64,000 nt of DNA, from positions 62,001 through 126,000 of the forward strand of contig JAXLNO010000096.1 of NCBI GenBank assembly GCA_038087875.1. Direction: 5' to 3'. The position numbers were made by a program, and so were the translations under genes. Shown here piece by piece: positions 61,280 through 64,000 of this stretch; within the stretch, counting starts at the first letter, position 1; the number at the start of each line of letters is the position of its first letter. This stretch comes from Malacoraja senta. Taxonomy: Eukaryota. The notes below the pieces were generated by a model, which searched no databases, was not told the DNA's origin, and saw only the letters and a program-made list of their open reading frames with translations.

Positions 61280-63472
61280 TTGAGGGTGGTCTTTGACTGT
61301 GCTGCAGTCTTTAAAGGTACATCGCTTAACAGTGAACTACTGCAAGGTCCAGACCTTATCAACTCACTCATTGGAGTTCTCATCAAATTTACGCAAGAAC
61401 CGATTGCTTTAATGGCTGACATCAGATCGATGTTTCATCAAGTGAAAGTAGCTGGTGAACACATTGATTATCTGTGATTCTTATTGTGGCCTGAAGGGGA
61501 TGTGCAGCAAAATCTTGTTGATTACCGGATGAAAGTACATCTCTTTGGAGCAGTGTCATCTCCAAGTTGGGCAAACTTCGCTTTAAGGAAGACCGCAGAG
61601 GATAATAAAGATTATTTCCCAGAGGAGGTAATTTCCACTTTGACAAATAATTCCTATGTGGACGATTGCCTAAAATCCATATCTACTGAGCAGAAGGCAA
61701 TTCAAATGGTAAACCACCTGACCTCTCTCTGCAATAAGGGAGGATTTGTACTTTCCAAGTGGATCAGCAACAATCGTGTTGTATTGGAAAGCATTCCACC
61801 AGATGACAGAGCTGAAGAAACCAAGGAGTTGGATTTAGTTAAAGACAATTTGCCAATGGAAAGGGCACTGGGACTGCACTGGTGCGTGGAAACGGCTGTG
61901 TTTAAGTTTAAATTGTCGATTCAGGAGCGACCATGTACAAGAAGGGGTATCTTTTCTGTGATTGGCACAGTATACGACCCTATGGAATTTCTTGCACCAG
62001 TTACACTGCCAACCAAGTTAATTTTACATGGAAAACTTGGATGGGATGAGAGTATAACTCAAACATCCTCGCACCATTGGACAGAATGGTTAATGGACCT
62101 CCATAAAATTTCAAAGTTTAAGGTGGATCGGTGCATCAAGCCTAAAAACTTTGGTAAGATCAGAAGTGCACAATTGCATCATTTTTCGGATGCCAGTGAA
62201 AGTGGTTACGGGACTGTTTCATATTTAAGACTGCAAAATGTTAACAAAAGAGTGCATGTTGCATTCTTACTGGGAAAAGCCAGAGTGGCACCACTGAAAC
62301 AAATGACGATTCCCAGAATGGACCTTACAGTAGCAGTCTTAGCTGTTAAAATTGACATAATGCTGCAAAAGGAACTACAATTTCAACTGGAAGAATCTAT
62401 CTTCTGAACCGGTAGCACTACGGTTCTGATATACTTCAATAATGAAAACAAACGCTTTATGACATTTGTAGCAAATAGAGTCTCCTTTGTATTGGGAGCT
62501 ACTAATGTTTCTCAATGGAGATATGTTAGCACCAAAGAAAATCCTGCGGACAAAGCCTCTAGAGGACTAACAGCAAATTGCTTTCTAAATAACAGGAGAT
62601 GGATCAATGGGCCCAAGTTTCTTTGTGAACCAAGCAGAGAATGGCCAAAGCTTGAACTTGGATTTGAAATCTCTGTAAATGATCCGGAAATTAAACAAAA
62701 CATTTCGGTGAATGTGATTGCTAAAGACTCATATGACACCGTGAACAATTTAATTACCCACTTTTCATCATGGAATACATTGATAACTTCGGTAGCCTGG
62801 TTTCTTAAAATAAAAACAAGATTATTGCTGGTGGCTCGGGAAATGAGACAAATTACAGAGAGTATCCTGGGAGAGAATCCTGATAAACGGAAAGGAGAGA
62901 TTGAAGGCCAGATGCAAGTTTTTGAAGCTTCATATGGCGTACAGGATTTACGTCTTGATGAAGTCCTCAAGGCGGAAAATGCGATCATCTCTTTCTGTCA
63001 AAGACAGAAATACAAAGAAGGAATATTAACATTGGAAGCTGGAGGACAGGGGGTAAAAAGAAACAGTCAATTGTACAAGCTCGACCCAGTCTGGGAGGAA
63101 GGTCTTCTGCGGATGGGTGGTCGCCTAAACAAATTGGCAATGCCCGTAAAAACTAAACGTCCTATCATTCTCTCCAAGGACTTTCACATATCATTATTAT
63201 TACGACATATTCATGAACAAGTTGGACATGGAGGAAGAAATTATATGTTATCCCAACTTGGTAAAAACTATTGGGTTATCAATGCTGACTCTGCAGCATC
63301 ACGAGGTTCTTGGTTGATGGGAAGAATACTAGAAATCATGCCTGACGTTCGGGGTTTGGTGCGTATGGTACATCTTAAAACAAAAAACTATGTTTTAATA
63401 AGACCAATAACCAAGTTGTGTTTGCTTCTAGAAGGCGAAGGTGAAGATGGAAGAGTCGATGAAGAGCCATGA
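61280..63472 (+). pseudogene. BEL/Pao pol remnant (RT, RNase H, truncated integrase)
   Basis: [51 protein letters not shown]-x4-H and RPITKLCLL; in-frame stops at about 61475 and 62405. Confidence 0.92.
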
Positions 63473-63500
63473 TTGCGGATATATAGTGCATGCTATTTTC

Positions 63501-63575
63501 TCCTCGTTAGTATCGTGTTTAGTATCCCTGCCTGTCACGCGTTAGACCGGGGTTCAATTTCCCGACGAGGAGCCA
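63501..63575 (+). tRNA. tRNA-Asp(GTC) copy with genomically encoded CCA; degenerate, probably a pseudogene
   Basis: TCCTCGTTAGTATCGTGTTTAGTATCCCTGCCTGTCACGCGTTAGACCGGGGTTCAATTTCCCGACGAGGAG-CCA. It is colinear with vertebrate tRNA-Asp-GTC as I recall it, with about 8 substitutions. Confidence 0.9.
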
Positions 63576-63690
63576 CAGGGTTTAATTCCCTGACCGTTTG
63601 CTTTTGATATATGTATAGCCTTTATGGCCATTTTTAAAATGTTTATTAGTAATTGCCTCGTTAGATACTCGGAACAATTAGGAGCCGGTA

Positions 63691-64000
63691 TGTAGTGGCC
63701 ATTTGGCCTGTTTTGCATGTCACTGATGATGGCATGTGCCTTTAAATTTTAGACTGCCCGTTGTATTGTGGGTGGGATTTATGACGTGTTTTAGGCGTGT
63801 TTGGAGCTTAGTTGCTTGCGCAGAAGTCTAGTTTTTAGATTAGTTTGGAGAGACGATGGTGAAGGTCAATCCTTCGACCATGTCAATGTTACGGAGACAC
63901 GAGGAGTTTTGTAATGTTTAAAGTTGCAAGTTGGAATTAAAGGAAGATTGCAGTAACGAGTCGGGAGTAACTTGGATGTATCTTGCTGTTTACAATCAAC
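63691..64000 (+). repeat. 3' LTR (partial)
   Basis: Matches 55682-55991 with about 9 substitutions in 310 bp by eye. Confidence 0.95.

Larger units (their letters stand above)
55682..64000 (+). mobile_element. BEL/Pao LTR retrotransposon, internally deleted; 3' LTR cut by the window end
   Basis: Direct repeats starting TGTAGTGGCCATTTGG at 55682 and 63691; pol remnants with BEL/Pao motifs; purine-rich tract AATTAGGAGCCGGTA just before the 3' LTR. Confidence 0.93.

Noticed and set aside
63501..63575. Functional host tRNA-Asp gene
   Set aside because: It has substitutions in the D-loop and anticodon stem, an encoded CCA, no immediate poly-T terminator, and lies within an LTR element.

Overview
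Vertebrate genomic DNA, most likely from a cartilaginous fish (skate/ray-like, inferred from the CR1, Rex-Babar and V-SINE repeat content). The window has three parts. (1) Positions 1-30.8 kb form a large inverted segmental duplication (1-10177 mirrors 21269-30760 and runs off the window start). A nested fold-back palindrome is centred at about 20506, and the region is filled with LINE/SINE debris, minisatellites and two kinds of promoter-like site. (2) Positions about 33.7-52.7 kb (+ strand) hold a spliced immunoglobulin-superfamily receptor gene that the ORF track does not assemble. It has a leader exon, eight Ig exons arranged as a duplicated four-domain cassette, and a transmembrane exon carrying charged residues. 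It shows CD4/LAG-3-like features (V-C2 alternation, WxC C2 domains, Cys-less V-like domains) and a +1 frameshift in Ig exon 8. (3) Positions 54-64 kb are nested retroelements: a solo LTR with a 4-bp TSD, and an internally deleted BEL/Pao LTR element. The BEL element carries a near full-length CR1, a hairpin-rich 61-bp tandem array and a tRNA-Asp copy ending in genomic CCA. All calls were made by eye, without database searches.
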